DNA of 64,000 bases from Clostridia bacterium. GTDB lineage: Bacteria > Bacillota > Clostridia > Peptostreptococcales > JAAYPU01. The position numbers were made by a program, and so were the translations under genes. The notes under the pieces are model-generated. The model saw only the letters and a list, made by a program, of their open reading frames with translations. It was not told the DNA's origin and did no database searches. This document shows positions 10,176 to 19,279 of this stretch, in pieces (position 1 is the stretch's first letter; each line of letters opens with the position of its first letter). The stretch covers positions 22,668 through 86,667 of the forward strand of contig JADQBM010000029.1 of assembly GCA_016278615.1 (NCBI GenBank). The letters are read 5' to 3'.

Positions 10176-11549
10176 TCATTCTCTGCTTAGTTTTTTTCTA
10201 TCCACCCAACCCTTAATATGTTTTTGTTTCTCTCTTCCGATACATAATGTGCCTTCTGGCACCTCCACTGTAACGGTGGTTCCAGCAGCCACATACCCTC
10301 TTTTATGAACTTTCAAAGGTGCAACGAGGTTCACATTGCTTCCAATAAAAGCATTGTCCTCGACAATTATTTTTTGCTTCTCTTTTCCATTATAATTGAC
10401 AAAAACAACGCCGCACCCAATATTGACGTTTTTTCCTACTTCAGCATCCCCCACATAGGCCAAATGTGAAGCCTTTGTTCCATCTCCAATAATTGAATTT
10501 TTTATCTCAACAAAATCTCCAATTTTAACATTTTTCCCAATACAACTCCCGGGCCTTAAATAGGCAAAAGGACCTATGGTCGTCCCTTGTTTAACGCTAC
10601 TGTCAATTAGAACTGAATTCTGAATCTGAACATGATCCTCTATGGTTGAGTTTTCTATTCTGCTGTTACTCCCAACCATACAATTCTCTCCGATTACAGT
10701 ATTCCCCTTAATGATCACACCAGGATATATGATTGTATCCATTCCAATGGATACTCCAGAATCTACATATGCATGCTCTGGATTAATAAAAGTTACCCCT
10801 TGATCCATATGCTTTTCCACGATTCGTTTGCGCATAATCCCTTCAGCCTCAGCGAGTTGCCTTCTTGAATTAACCCCTAGTATTTCTTCCGTATTTAAAA
10901 GGCTATAAGTTCCTAATGCATACCCATTCTGAACACCTATTTCAATTAAGTCTGTCAGATAATATTCTCCCTGAACATTATTGGGACAAATTTCTGAAAG
11001 GTGCTTCTTCAATAAATCTCCACGAAAACAATAAACACCTGAATTTATTTCTTTGATTAAGCGTTCTTGATCCTCTGCATCTTTTTCTTCTACAATCTTA
11101 ATAAGCTTCCCATCTGATTCCTTTACAATTCTACCATATCCAAAAGGGTTTTCAACCATTGCCGTAAGAACTGTCATGTCTAAATGGTTGTCTTCATGAA
11201 ATGCCATTAAAGAAATGATGGTTTCCCGTTGAATGAGGGGCATATCACCACACAAAACAATTACATGCCCCTCCTCAGGAATATTTTTTTCTGCCATAAG
11301 TACTGCGTGCCCGGTTCCCATTCGTTTTTCCTGAAAAACAAATTGCAAATTAAAATCCTTCAGACTACTTTCAACTTCTTGTGAACCCTCTCCAATGACT
11401 GCTGTAATATCTTCTACATTTGAAGCTTTTACTTCTTCAAGAACCCGCTCAATCATACTCTTTCCACATATTTTATGCAAAACTTTTGGGAGTCTTGATT
11501 TCATACGGGTACCTGCTCCCGCAGCTAATACAATCGCACTATTTGCCAT
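10176..11549 (-). CDS. glmU: Bifunctional UDP-GlcNAc pyrophosphorylase / GlcN-1-P acetyltransferase
   Basis: N-terminal LAAGAGTRMKS nucleotidyltransferase motif and C-terminal left-handed beta-helix hexapeptide repeats; 457 aa. Confidence 0.95.
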   Translation of the reverse strand: MANSAIVLAAGAGTRMKSRLPKVLHKICGKSMIERVLEEVKASNVEDITAVIGEGSQEVESSLKDFNLQFVFQEKRMGTGHAVLMAEKNIPEEGHVIVLCGDMPLIQRETIISLMAFHEDNHLDMTVLTAMVENPFGYGRIVKESDGKLIKIVEEKDAEDQERLIKEINSGVYCFRGDLLKKHLSEICPNNVQGEYYLTDLIEIGVQNGYALGTYSLLNTEEILGVNSRRQLAEAEGIMRKRIVEKHMDQGVTFINPEHAYVDSGVSIGMDTIIYPGVIIKGNTVIGENCMVGSNSRIENSTIEDHVQIQNSVLIDSSVKQGTTIGPFAYLRPGSCIGKNVKIGDFVEIKNSIIGDGTKASHLAYVGDAEVGKNVNIGCGVVFVNYNGKEKQKIIVEDNAFIGSNVNLVAPLKVHKRGYVAAGTTVTVEVPEGTLCIGREKQKHIKGWVDRKKLSRE

Positions 11550-11711
11550 ATGGATACACTCCTCTTTTTTTCCTGATATTCGGTCGTCCTATATTTAACA
11601 TATTATCCGTTTTTATACTTCAGTATAAGTTTTTCTGAATATTATTTAAAATTAGCAAGGTCTAAATAACAAAAATAGTATATCATTTTTATTTCTCTTC
11701 TAAAAGCGTTT

Positions 11712-11746
11712 AAAAAAGAAACCTCAAATATTTGAGGTTTCTTTTT
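11712..11746 (-). terminator. Bidirectional intrinsic terminator after spoVG
   Basis: AAAAAGAAACCTCAAAtatTTGAGGTTTCTTTTT. Confidence 0.8.
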
Positions 11747-11770
11747 GACAATAATATTATTTCATATGTA

Positions 11771-12073
11771 CTATTCTTCAGCAACTGCTAAAACACTGAT
11801 TTCCGAATCTTCCATCTCTAATCTTGCTTTATCGTATTCACTAAATATCGCTTCTTTTATTTTATTTCTTGTCTCTGAGTTTAAAGGGTGTGCAATATCT
11901 CTATAATCTCCTTCTCCCATCTTCCTACTAGGCATTGCAATAAACAATCCGTTCTGCCCTTCGATTATTTTGATATCATGAACAACAAATTCATCATCGA
12001 ATGTTACAGATACGATTGCTTTCATCTTACCTTCATCGCTAACCTTTCTTACTCTTACGTCAGTTACTTTCAC
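11771..12073 (-). CDS. spoVG: Septation/sporulation regulator SpoVG
   Basis: [40 protein letters not shown] is near-canonical SpoVG. Confidence 0.95.
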   Translation of the reverse strand: MKVTDVRVRKVSDEGKMKAIVSVTFDDEFVVHDIKIIEGQNGLFIAMPSRKMGEGDYRDIAHPLNSETRNKIKEAIFSEYDKARLEMEDSEISVLAVAEE

Positions 12074-12190
12074 ACTGACTCACCACCTTTCTTAGCCATC
12101 CTTTAATGTTTTAAAGACTATAAAACAAAAACACGAATTTTTTGTTATATTCTCCATATTTCGTAAATATCCTTCTTTTTTTTTCGAATT

Positions 12191-12997
12191 TTATAGATTA
12201 TTATTAGGATGTGCCCGGATAATCTTGTTTTCCACATCCACTTCTTCTATAAAAATTAAAGAAACATACTCTTCTACGAGCTTCTTCTCTGGCTTTTTGG
12301 TTGAAATCAGTACGCCAATTCCTACAACTTCTATATCAAATTCAGTTAAAATATCAACGATCCCTCTTGCAGTGCCGCCGCCCTTCATAAAATCATCAAT
12401 TATAATGGCTCGACTTCCAGGCTTAATGGCTCTTTTGGATAAAGACATTTTTTGTATCCTATCAGTGGAACCGGATATGTAATTAATGCTAACAGTCGAT
12501 CCTTCGGAAACCTTGCTTTCTCTTCGTGCAACCACAAGGGGTAAATTTAGAGCATCTGCTGTCATAACAGCAAGAGGAATTCCCTTTGTTTCCACCGTTA
12601 CCACATAGTCCGCTTTTTTATCAGAAAACTGAGTCGCAAAAACCTCTCCTGCTCTTTTAATAATAGACGAGGTAAACATAATATCTGAAGTATATAAAAA
12701 ACCACCTGCCAAAACTCTATTTTCATCCCTTAATTTCAAACATAAATGATCCAGCAGAATTTTTGTGTCTTCTTTGGAAATAACGGGCATATACTTCACG
12801 CCTCCGGCAGCTCCTGAAAGTGTCTCTATTTTTCCCAGCTTCATATTTTCCATAATCTTCTTTGCAATTACAATATCTTCGCTGATACTGGATTTAGCAG
12901 AATCAAACTTATTTGTAAAGAAGTTAAGGGTAAATATTTTATTTGGATTTGAACTGAGTATTTTAATAATGGCACCAATTCTTTCGTTCCTTTTCAT
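12191..12997 (-). CDS. purR: Purine operon repressor PurR
   Basis: PurR N-terminal DNA-binding domain plus PRT fold with IIDDFMKGGGT; 268 aa; sits next to spoVG as in Bacillus. Confidence 0.9.
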   Translation of the reverse strand: MKRNERIGAIIKILSSNPNKIFTLNFFTNKFDSAKSSISEDIVIAKKIMENMKLGKIETLSGAAGGVKYMPVISKEDTKILLDHLCLKLRDENRVLAGGFLYTSDIMFTSSIIKRAGEVFATQFSDKKADYVVTVETKGIPLAVMTADALNLPLVVARRESKVSEGSTVSINYISGSTDRIQKMSLSKRAIKPGSRAIIIDDFMKGGGTARGIVDILTEFDIEVVGIGVLISTKKPEKKLVEEYVSLIFIEEVDVENKIIRAHPNNNL

Positions 12998-13097
12998 CTC
13001 AATCCTCCAAAGACTAAATAAATCACTTATTTATCAATCTCGCTCTATGTTTTCATGTGTATATTCTTGGATATATGTGGGAAATATTATTTTAATA

Positions 13098-13127
13098 TTG
13101 ACAATAAATACATATCAATCATACTAT
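13098..13127 (+). promoter_or_regulatory. Candidate murC promoter
   Basis: TTGACA (13098-13103), 18-nt spacer, TACTAT (13122-13127), in the purR/murC divergent region. Confidence 0.3.
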
Positions 13128-13213
13128 ATAATAATGATACCCTATCTACTGTTAATGAACAAGATGAACTTTAGTATAAACAACAGGTTTTCTATACTAG
13201 GAGGTATTCTAAA

Positions 13214-14614
13214 ATGAATTGCGATCAAGAAGCAAAATATTATCACTGTATTGGAATAGGCGGCATCGGGCTTAGTGCAATAGCGGAAATCTTATTAGCC
13301 AAAGGTTATAAAGTATCGGGTTCCGATATAAAAGAATCTGATATCACTCAATCTTTGGAAAACCATGGCGCTACTATTTACATAGGACATGATGAATCCA
13401 ATATTTCAAATTGTGACACTGTCATTTATACCTCAGCAGTATCAGATGACAATCCTGAATTAATATCAGCTAGAAAAAAGAATATTCCTACTTTATCTCG
13501 TGCTGAAATGCTGGGTCAAATTATGAAGGATTATTCTCACAATATCGCTGTTTCTGGAACTCATGGAAAAACAACAACGACTTCTATGGTCTCGCTAATA
13601 TTGGAAGATGGCCATTTTGATCCTACTATTTTAGTAGGTGGAAAATTAGATAAAATTGGGGGAAATGTTAAAATTGGAAAAGGTCCTTTTTTAATAACGG
13701 AAGCCTGTGAATATATGGATAGTTTCTTAGAACTAAATCCAAAAATAGAAATCATCCTAAATATTGATTCAGATCATTTGGATTACTTTAAAGACATTGA
13801 TCACATCGTAAGTTCTTTCCAGAAATTTGCGAATTTAGTCCCTATAGATGGTTTAATTGTGGCTTATAGTGCCAATGCTTTTGTGAAAAGTATCATCCAT
13901 AATGTATCTTGTAAGACCGTTACTTTTGGTTTTGATGATAGCTGTGACTACTACGCAAACCATATAGAATTCAACTCTGAAGGAATGCCTCTATTTGATG
14001 TATATTATTCTGGCGAAAAATTATGTGCCATACAACTGCTGGTTCCTGGAGAACATAATATTAGCAATTCTCTTGCAGCCATTGCATGTTGCCATACTTT
14101 AGGGGTCTCTATAGACGTAATTGTTAAAACCCTTGAAAGCTTTGAAGGGACTAAAAGAAGATTTGATATCATAGGCATTACGCCAGATCTTTTAAAGGTA
14201 GTGGATGATTATGCACATCATCCAGAAGAAATCAAAGCAACGCTGAGCGCCTGTAAAAATGTCCCCCATAAAAAATTATGGTGTGTCTTCCAGCCCCATA
14301 CTTATACAAGAACAAAAGCTCTTTTCGAGGAATTTACAGATGCTTTTGATTTTGCGGATGGTATTATTATTACAGATATTTATGCCGCCAGAGAAAAAAA
14401 TATCTATAAAATAAAAGCATCAGACTTAATCGATGAAATTAAAAAGAAACATCCTAATAAAAAAGATATTTATTATATCTCAGATTTCGAAGATATCGCA
14501 GATTTTATAATAGAAAAAACCAACCCAAAAGATCTTGTCATAACCATGGGTGCTGGGGATGTTTATAAGGTAGCAGAGCGGATTATGGAGAAGACGAAAA
14601 CAACCGAGAACTGA
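13214..14614 (+). CDS. murC: UDP-N-acetylmuramate--L-alanine ligase
   Basis: GIGGIGLSAIAE Rossmann motif and P-loop GTHGKTTTTSM, with Mur ligase middle and C-terminal domains. The last codons and stop lie in the outer heptamers of HATH-B. Confidence 0.95.
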   Translation: MNCDQEAKYYHCIGIGGIGLSAIAEILLAKGYKVSGSDIKESDITQSLENHGATIYIGHDESNISNCDTVIYTSAVSDDNPELISARKKNIPTLSRAEMLGQIMKDYSHNIAVSGTHGKTTTTSMVSLILEDGHFDPTILVGGKLDKIGGNVKIGKGPFLITEACEYMDSFLELNPKIEIILNIDSDHLDYFKDIDHIVSSFQKFANLVPIDGLIVAYSANAFVKSIIHNVSCKTVTFGFDDSCDYYANHIEFNSEGMPLFDVYYSGEKLCAIQLLVPGEHNISNSLAAIACCHTLGVSIDVIVKTLESFEGTKRRFDIIGITPDLLKVVDDYAHHPEEIKATLSACKNVPHKKLWCVFQPHTYTRTKALFEEFTDAFDFADGIIITDIYAAREKNIYKIKASDLIDEIKKKHPNKKDIYYISDFEDIADFIIEKTNPKDLVITMGAGDVYKVAERIMEKTKTTEN

Positions 14615-14786
14615 GAACTGGAAACTTAAAACTGAGAGATAATAGATAAGAGATAATAGATAACAGTTAAGGAAGGCTTTTGCGTAGAATACGCAAAAGC
14701 CCTCTTTTTTATCTGATGAAAGTTTTGTTATACAAAACTATCCTCAACTCTTATCTATTATCTGTTATCTTTTATCTCTCACTTAT
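14606..14786 (-). repeat. HATH element copy B, murC|amidohydrolase convergent spacer
   Basis: Ten in-phase heptamers at 14606-14672, starting inside the murC 3' end. Hairpins GGCTTTTGCGTA-gaa-TACGCAAAAGCC (14675-14701) and AGTTTTG-ttata-CAAAACT (14721-14739). Right arm 14740-14786. Confidence 0.9.
14675..14710 (+). terminator. murC terminator formed by the first mini-hairpin of HATH-B
   Basis: 12-bp perfect stem GGCTTTTGCGTA/TACGCAAAAGCC followed by CTCTTTTTT. Confidence 0.75.
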
Positions 14787-14795
14787 GCCTTTTAT

Positions 14796-15950
14796 TTATA
14801 TCTTTTGACGGTAGACGATCTTCCCATCTATCAGGGTCATTTTAACTCTGCTATCGAGTTCAAAAGGGTGTTTATCCCATATGACGATGTCTGCGTCTTT
14901 GCCTTCTTTGAGGCTTCCTATTTTGTCGTCTACTCCTAATATTTCAGCAGGATAGAGGGTAATTGCTTTTAATGCCTCATCTCTATCTAAACCTGCTTTA
15001 ACGGCAAGTGCCGCGCATAAGGATAAGTATTGAATGGGGATAACACCATGGTCTGTCATAATGGCAATCTTAATCCCTGCTTTATTCAATATTCCCGGCG
15101 TATCAAAGGTCAGATTTCTAAGTTCAACTTTACTTCTTTCAGAAAGGGTGGGACCAATAATGGCAGGATACCCCTCTTCTTTTAAATATTCCACAATAAG
15201 ATGTCCTTCTGTGCAATGATCCAAAGTCATTCTTAAGTCAAACTCTTTTGCAATGCGAATCGCTGTAAAAATATCATCCGCCCTATGCACATGTGCCTTC
15301 ATGGGTATTTCCTTTTTTAACAAAGGAATTAACACTTCATATTGCATGTCGTAGTCTGGATGCTTTTCTTCATCATCCAATTCTTTTTTCCTAAGGTACT
15401 CTTTTGCTTCTAGAAGGGTTTCTCTGAGTATTGCTGCCGTCGCCATCCTTGTTAAAGGTGTTTTATGTTGATCTCCATAGACCCTTTTGGGGTTCTCGCC
15501 AAAAGCACACTTTATTGCTGCAGGCTCCATAACCACCATATCATCTATTCTTTTACCAAAGGTTTTAATAACAGCAAATTGCCCTCCAATAACATTTGCA
15601 CTTCCAGGACCTGTAGCTGTAGCTGTAACACCTGCTTGATATGCTTCTTCAAAAGCTCGGTCCATTGGATTTATAGCATCTATTGCTCTAAGGTGTGGTG
15701 TCACCGGGTCTGTCGATTCGTTACCGTCTGCACCCTCAATATCAATTCCATCTTCCCACATGCCCACGTGACAGTGGGCATCAATGAATCCTGGCATCAC
15801 AATGCACCCTTCTGCATCAATTATCTCTCCTTCATTGACATGTATCTCAGTGGCGATTTCTTTGATTTTTCCATCTTCTATTAAAATACACCCTTTTTCA
15901 AGGTTCTTTCCCTCCATGGGAAATATGGCAGCATTTTTTATAAGAATCAT
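14796..15950 (-). CDS. Metal-dependent amidohydrolase family protein
   Basis: Amidohydrolase HxH motif GFIDAHCHVGM; 384 aa; substrate not assignable. Confidence 0.7.
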   Translation of the reverse strand: MILIKNAAIFPMEGKNLEKGCILIEDGKIKEIATEIHVNEGEIIDAEGCIVMPGFIDAHCHVGMWEDGIDIEGADGNESTDPVTPHLRAIDAINPMDRAFEEAYQAGVTATATGPGSANVIGGQFAVIKTFGKRIDDMVVMEPAAIKCAFGENPKRVYGDQHKTPLTRMATAAILRETLLEAKEYLRKKELDDEEKHPDYDMQYEVLIPLLKKEIPMKAHVHRADDIFTAIRIAKEFDLRMTLDHCTEGHLIVEYLKEEGYPAIIGPTLSERSKVELRNLTFDTPGILNKAGIKIAIMTDHGVIPIQYLSLCAALAVKAGLDRDEALKAITLYPAEILGVDDKIGSLKEGKDADIVIWDKHPFELDSRVKMTLIDGKIVYRQKI

Positions 15951-15970
15951 TTTACCCCTCCTTGGATGGT

Positions 15971-16294
15971 TAAGGATATAAGATAAGAGATAATAGATAA
16001 TAGATAATAATTATGGATGATTTTGTTTCACAAAATCTAGATTGTCTCATAATCTGTCCTGAATTATTACCAAGATTTAATCTTTAGTATCAATAAAAAT
16101 GAAGATTCTGGAACAAAATCCACCTCAACTCTTGAAGCCCTAGCTCAAATCTTCGATTTGATGTGCAGGTGTCATACAAGTGGAACTTTCTAATCTATGA
16201 TTAGTTAAAGTTGCCATTCGCTCTGTGGAAACTCTCCAATCTTTGATTGGTAAGAGTTTTTCAGTTATCTGTTATCTATTATCTATCTCTAACC
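15971..16294 (+). repeat. HATH element copy C (long variant with nested module), HAD|amidohydrolase spacer
   Basis: Left arm 15971-16016. GATTTTG-tttca-CAAAATC (16018-16036). Second degenerate GATTCTG-gaa-CAAAATC (16104-16120). Nested module 16131-16263. Right arm 16264-16294. Confidence 0.85.
16131..16263 (+). repeat. Nested hairpin module (long form) inside HATH-C
   Basis: CTTGAAGCCCTAGCTCAAATCttcGATTTGA..CATACAA, then two related hairpins (AACTTTCTAATCtatGATTAGTTAAAGTT and AAACTCTCCAATCtttGATTGGTAAGAGTTT), ending GTTTTTCAG. It sits between the junction and the right arm. Confidence 0.8.
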
Positions 16295-16305
16295 TCTCCT
16301 CTATT

Positions 16306-16953
16306 CTATCTTTCTAAAATCTTAATAATATCTTCCACCTTCTCTATGACATAATCAGGACTTTCTATCATGTACTCCTCTGCTGAAAGCTCGCTCCATG
16401 CGACAATGGCTGATTGAACGCCAGCATTTTGAGCGCACTTAATATCAAACAAGCTATCGCCTATCATTAAAGTTTGTTCAGGTTTACTCTGTAGCTTTTT
16501 TAGAGCCATGTTTATGGGTTCTGGGTCCGGCTTATGTTTTTTGGTATCATCTGCTGTAATAATACATTGAAAGTATTCCATTAAGTGATACTTTTCCAAA
16601 CCTCTAATAGATGTATTTCTTAGCCTTGATGTTACAACACCCAACTTATAGCCTTTGTTAAATAAGCTGATGACAGCCTCTGCCATACCCGGAAAAATTT
16701 CAATCAGGTTTTCGAAACTCTCGTGATGAAAACTTCTATAAATTTGTATTGCCTCTTCAACGGGAACATTAAATTCTCTTTTCATGGTAAGCGCAAGTGG
16801 CTCACCAAAAGATTTAACGATATATTCCCGATCCTTTTCTATACCTGATACCGTTCTATAAGTATGTTGAAAGGATTGTACAATAAGATTATTGGTATCA
16901 AGAACCGTTCCATCCAAATCAAAAAGTATGGTATCTATCTTCACCTTTGCCAC
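16306..16953 (-). CDS. HAD-IA family phosphatase (PpaX/phosphoglycolate phosphatase-like)
   Basis: Motif I FDLDGTVLDT and motif IV GDSLFD; 215 aa. Confidence 0.75.
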   Translation of the reverse strand: MAKVKIDTILFDLDGTVLDTNNLIVQSFQHTYRTVSGIEKDREYIVKSFGEPLALTMKREFNVPVEEAIQIYRSFHHESFENLIEIFPGMAEAVISLFNKGYKLGVVTSRLRNTSIRGLEKYHLMEYFQCIITADDTKKHKPDPEPINMALKKLQSKPEQTLMIGDSLFDIKCAQNAGVQSAIVAWSELSAEEYMIESPDYVIEKVEDIIKILER

Positions 16954-16954
16954 C

Positions 16955-19243
16955 TCAATTACTTAAATTTATCATACTGAGAGAGACTCTTCCTCTCTCA
17001 TGATCTATATCAATGATTTTAACTGTCACCACATCTCCTACGCCTATTATGTCCGTAGGATGCTTGATATAGTTTTCACTTATTTGGGAAATATGTACCA
17101 AACCATCATTTTTAACACCAATATCTACAAAGGCGCCAAAATCCACAACGTTTCGAACGGTTCCAGTTAACTCCATATCTAATTTCAAATCCTCAAATTT
17201 TAGAACATCACTTCTTAAAACCACTTTTGGCATTTCTTCTCGGGGGTCTCTCCCTGGCTTAATATACTCTTTTACGATATCTTCCAAAGTAGGCAATCCT
17301 ATGGTTAACTCAGAAGCGATTTTTGATAAGTTGTAACGCATTTTTTCTTCTTTTGAAAGGCTCTTTTGTTGTTTTCCTTCCGCCATTTTTAGGTCAGCCA
17401 TTTCCTGAAAGTTCTTTATTCTTTTTTTAGGCTGCTTCAAGGCGGGTTTTTCAGGTTCCTCTTTAGCAAAGGATATTATTTTTTCTTCAATCATTTTATT
17501 GCCACCCTTGCGAAGGGTTGCATGGTCTATTTCTAATAAAGACATCAATTTTTCTGCAGCCTCATAAGATTCCGGATGAACAGCGGTGGCATCTAGAGCA
17601 TTTATGCCATCTGAAATTCTTAAAAACCCAGCACATTGTTCATATGCTTTATTCCCTAACTTAGATACTTTTTTTAGTTCTGTTCTTTTCTTGAACTTTC
17701 CGTTTTCTTCTCTGTATATAATAATATTTTTTGCAATAGAGGCATTGATTCCAGAAATGTATTTAAGTAGAGATGATGATGCTGTATTTAGATCTACGCC
17801 TACTCGGTTTACGCAATCTTCAATAATATGGGTAAGGGACTCGTCTAACATGGATTGGTTCACATCATGTTGATACTGTCCTACTCCAATATGTTTTGGG
17901 TCAATTTTTACAAGTTCCGCTAATGGGTCCTGAAGCCGCCGTCCAATGGATAACGAGCCTCGTGTGGTAACATCTAAATCCGGGTATTCTTCTGTTGCTA
18001 ATTTAGATGCTGAATAAACAGACGCCCCTGCTTCACTTACAATTGTGAAATGTACTTCTCTATCAATTTCTTTAAGGACTTCCGATATGAAGTGCTCTGT
18101 CTCTCGAGATGCCGTGCCATTTCCTATTGCAATAACATCTATATTATATTTATTGATGAGGTTCATTATAACCGTTTTGGATTTTTTCACTTCGTTTTGA
18201 GGAGGATTTGGGTAAACAGTGGTAAATTCCAACAGTTTTCCAGTCTCGTCCAAAACTGTAATCTTACACCCAGTTCGAAAACTGGGATCCACACCCATTA
18301 CCTTTGCCTCTTTGATAGGCGGAGACATAAGAAGCTTCTCTGTATTCTTTGCAAAAACCTTTACAGCTTCTTTCTCTGCTCTTTCTGAAAGTATATTTCG
18401 CACTTCCCTTTCTATAGAGGGTGCTATGAGTCTTTTATAAGCGTCTTCAATGGTTTTTTCTATATAGGGAGTAGACTGGGCATGAGAATTTGTTACCACA
18501 TGTTCATTGAGTTTAAAAAGAATCTGTTGAGCAGGCGCTACTAATTTGACCTTAAGTTTCTTTTCTTTTTCTCCCCTATTAATTGCCAGGATTCTATGGT
18601 TGGGAATTTTAGAAACTGATTCAGTATAATGGTAATACATTTCATAAACTGTTTTCTCTTCTTCATCAACTGCTTCAGATAATATGGACCCTTCCTTCAA
18701 GGTCAGATTGCGGATTTCATCTCTAAACTGAGGGTTATCAGAAATTTGTTCAGCTATGATGTCCATTGCACCACCAATGGCCTCTTCCACTGTATGGACA
18801 CCTTTTTCTTCATCAAGATAGGCTTTGGCAAGATCTTCAATATTATCCGTATTCATTTCTTGAGCTAACAAAAAGCTTGCAAAAGGTTCTAGTCCTTTTT
18901 CCTTTGCCTTAGATGCCCGTGTGCTTTTTTTCTGTTTATAGGGCCGATATAAATCTTCCACTCTTTGGAGCACTTGGGCAGCAGTAATTTCTTGTTTTAA
19001 TTCTTCTGTTAACTTTCCCTGTTCCTCAATAAGCTTTAAGACTTCTTGTTTTCTTTCTGCAAGATTTCTCAGGTATTGAAGACGTTCATGTAAATCTCTC
19101 AAAATGACATCGGACAGGCCGCCTGTCATTTCTTTACGATATCTGGCAATAAAGGGAATGGTATTGCCATCATCTATGAGTTGTATGGTGCTTTCAACTT
19201 GGGACACTTTAATATGAAATTCTTTAGCAAGCTGTTGTATCAT
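16955..19243 (-). CDS. tex: Tex-like RNA-binding transcription accessory protein
   Basis: 762 aa. Tex N-terminal, YqgF-like and HhH regions; C-terminal S1 domain GTVRNVVDFGAFVDIG. Confidence 0.9.
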   Translation of the reverse strand: MIQQLAKEFHIKVSQVESTIQLIDDGNTIPFIARYRKEMTGGLSDVILRDLHERLQYLRNLAERKQEVLKLIEEQGKLTEELKQEITAAQVLQRVEDLYRPYKQKKSTRASKAKEKGLEPFASFLLAQEMNTDNIEDLAKAYLDEEKGVHTVEEAIGGAMDIIAEQISDNPQFRDEIRNLTLKEGSILSEAVDEEEKTVYEMYYHYTESVSKIPNHRILAINRGEKEKKLKVKLVAPAQQILFKLNEHVVTNSHAQSTPYIEKTIEDAYKRLIAPSIEREVRNILSERAEKEAVKVFAKNTEKLLMSPPIKEAKVMGVDPSFRTGCKITVLDETGKLLEFTTVYPNPPQNEVKKSKTVIMNLINKYNIDVIAIGNGTASRETEHFISEVLKEIDREVHFTIVSEAGASVYSASKLATEEYPDLDVTTRGSLSIGRRLQDPLAELVKIDPKHIGVGQYQHDVNQSMLDESLTHIIEDCVNRVGVDLNTASSSLLKYISGINASIAKNIIIYREENGKFKKRTELKKVSKLGNKAYEQCAGFLRISDGINALDATAVHPESYEAAEKLMSLLEIDHATLRKGGNKMIEEKIISFAKEEPEKPALKQPKKRIKNFQEMADLKMAEGKQQKSLSKEEKMRYNLSKIASELTIGLPTLEDIVKEYIKPGRDPREEMPKVVLRSDVLKFEDLKLDMELTGTVRNVVDFGAFVDIGVKNDGLVHISQISENYIKHPTDIIGVGDVVTVKIIDIDHERGRVSLSMINLSN

Positions 19244-19279
19244 CGTTTGTTTCCTCCTAATAGGGGTGAGTCTATAGTA

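Noticed and set aside
12765-13217. 150-aa plus-strand ORF overlapping the purR 5' end and the purR/murC spacer
   Set aside because: It is antisense to purR for half its length, its product is low-complexity and hydrophobic, and it has no SD.
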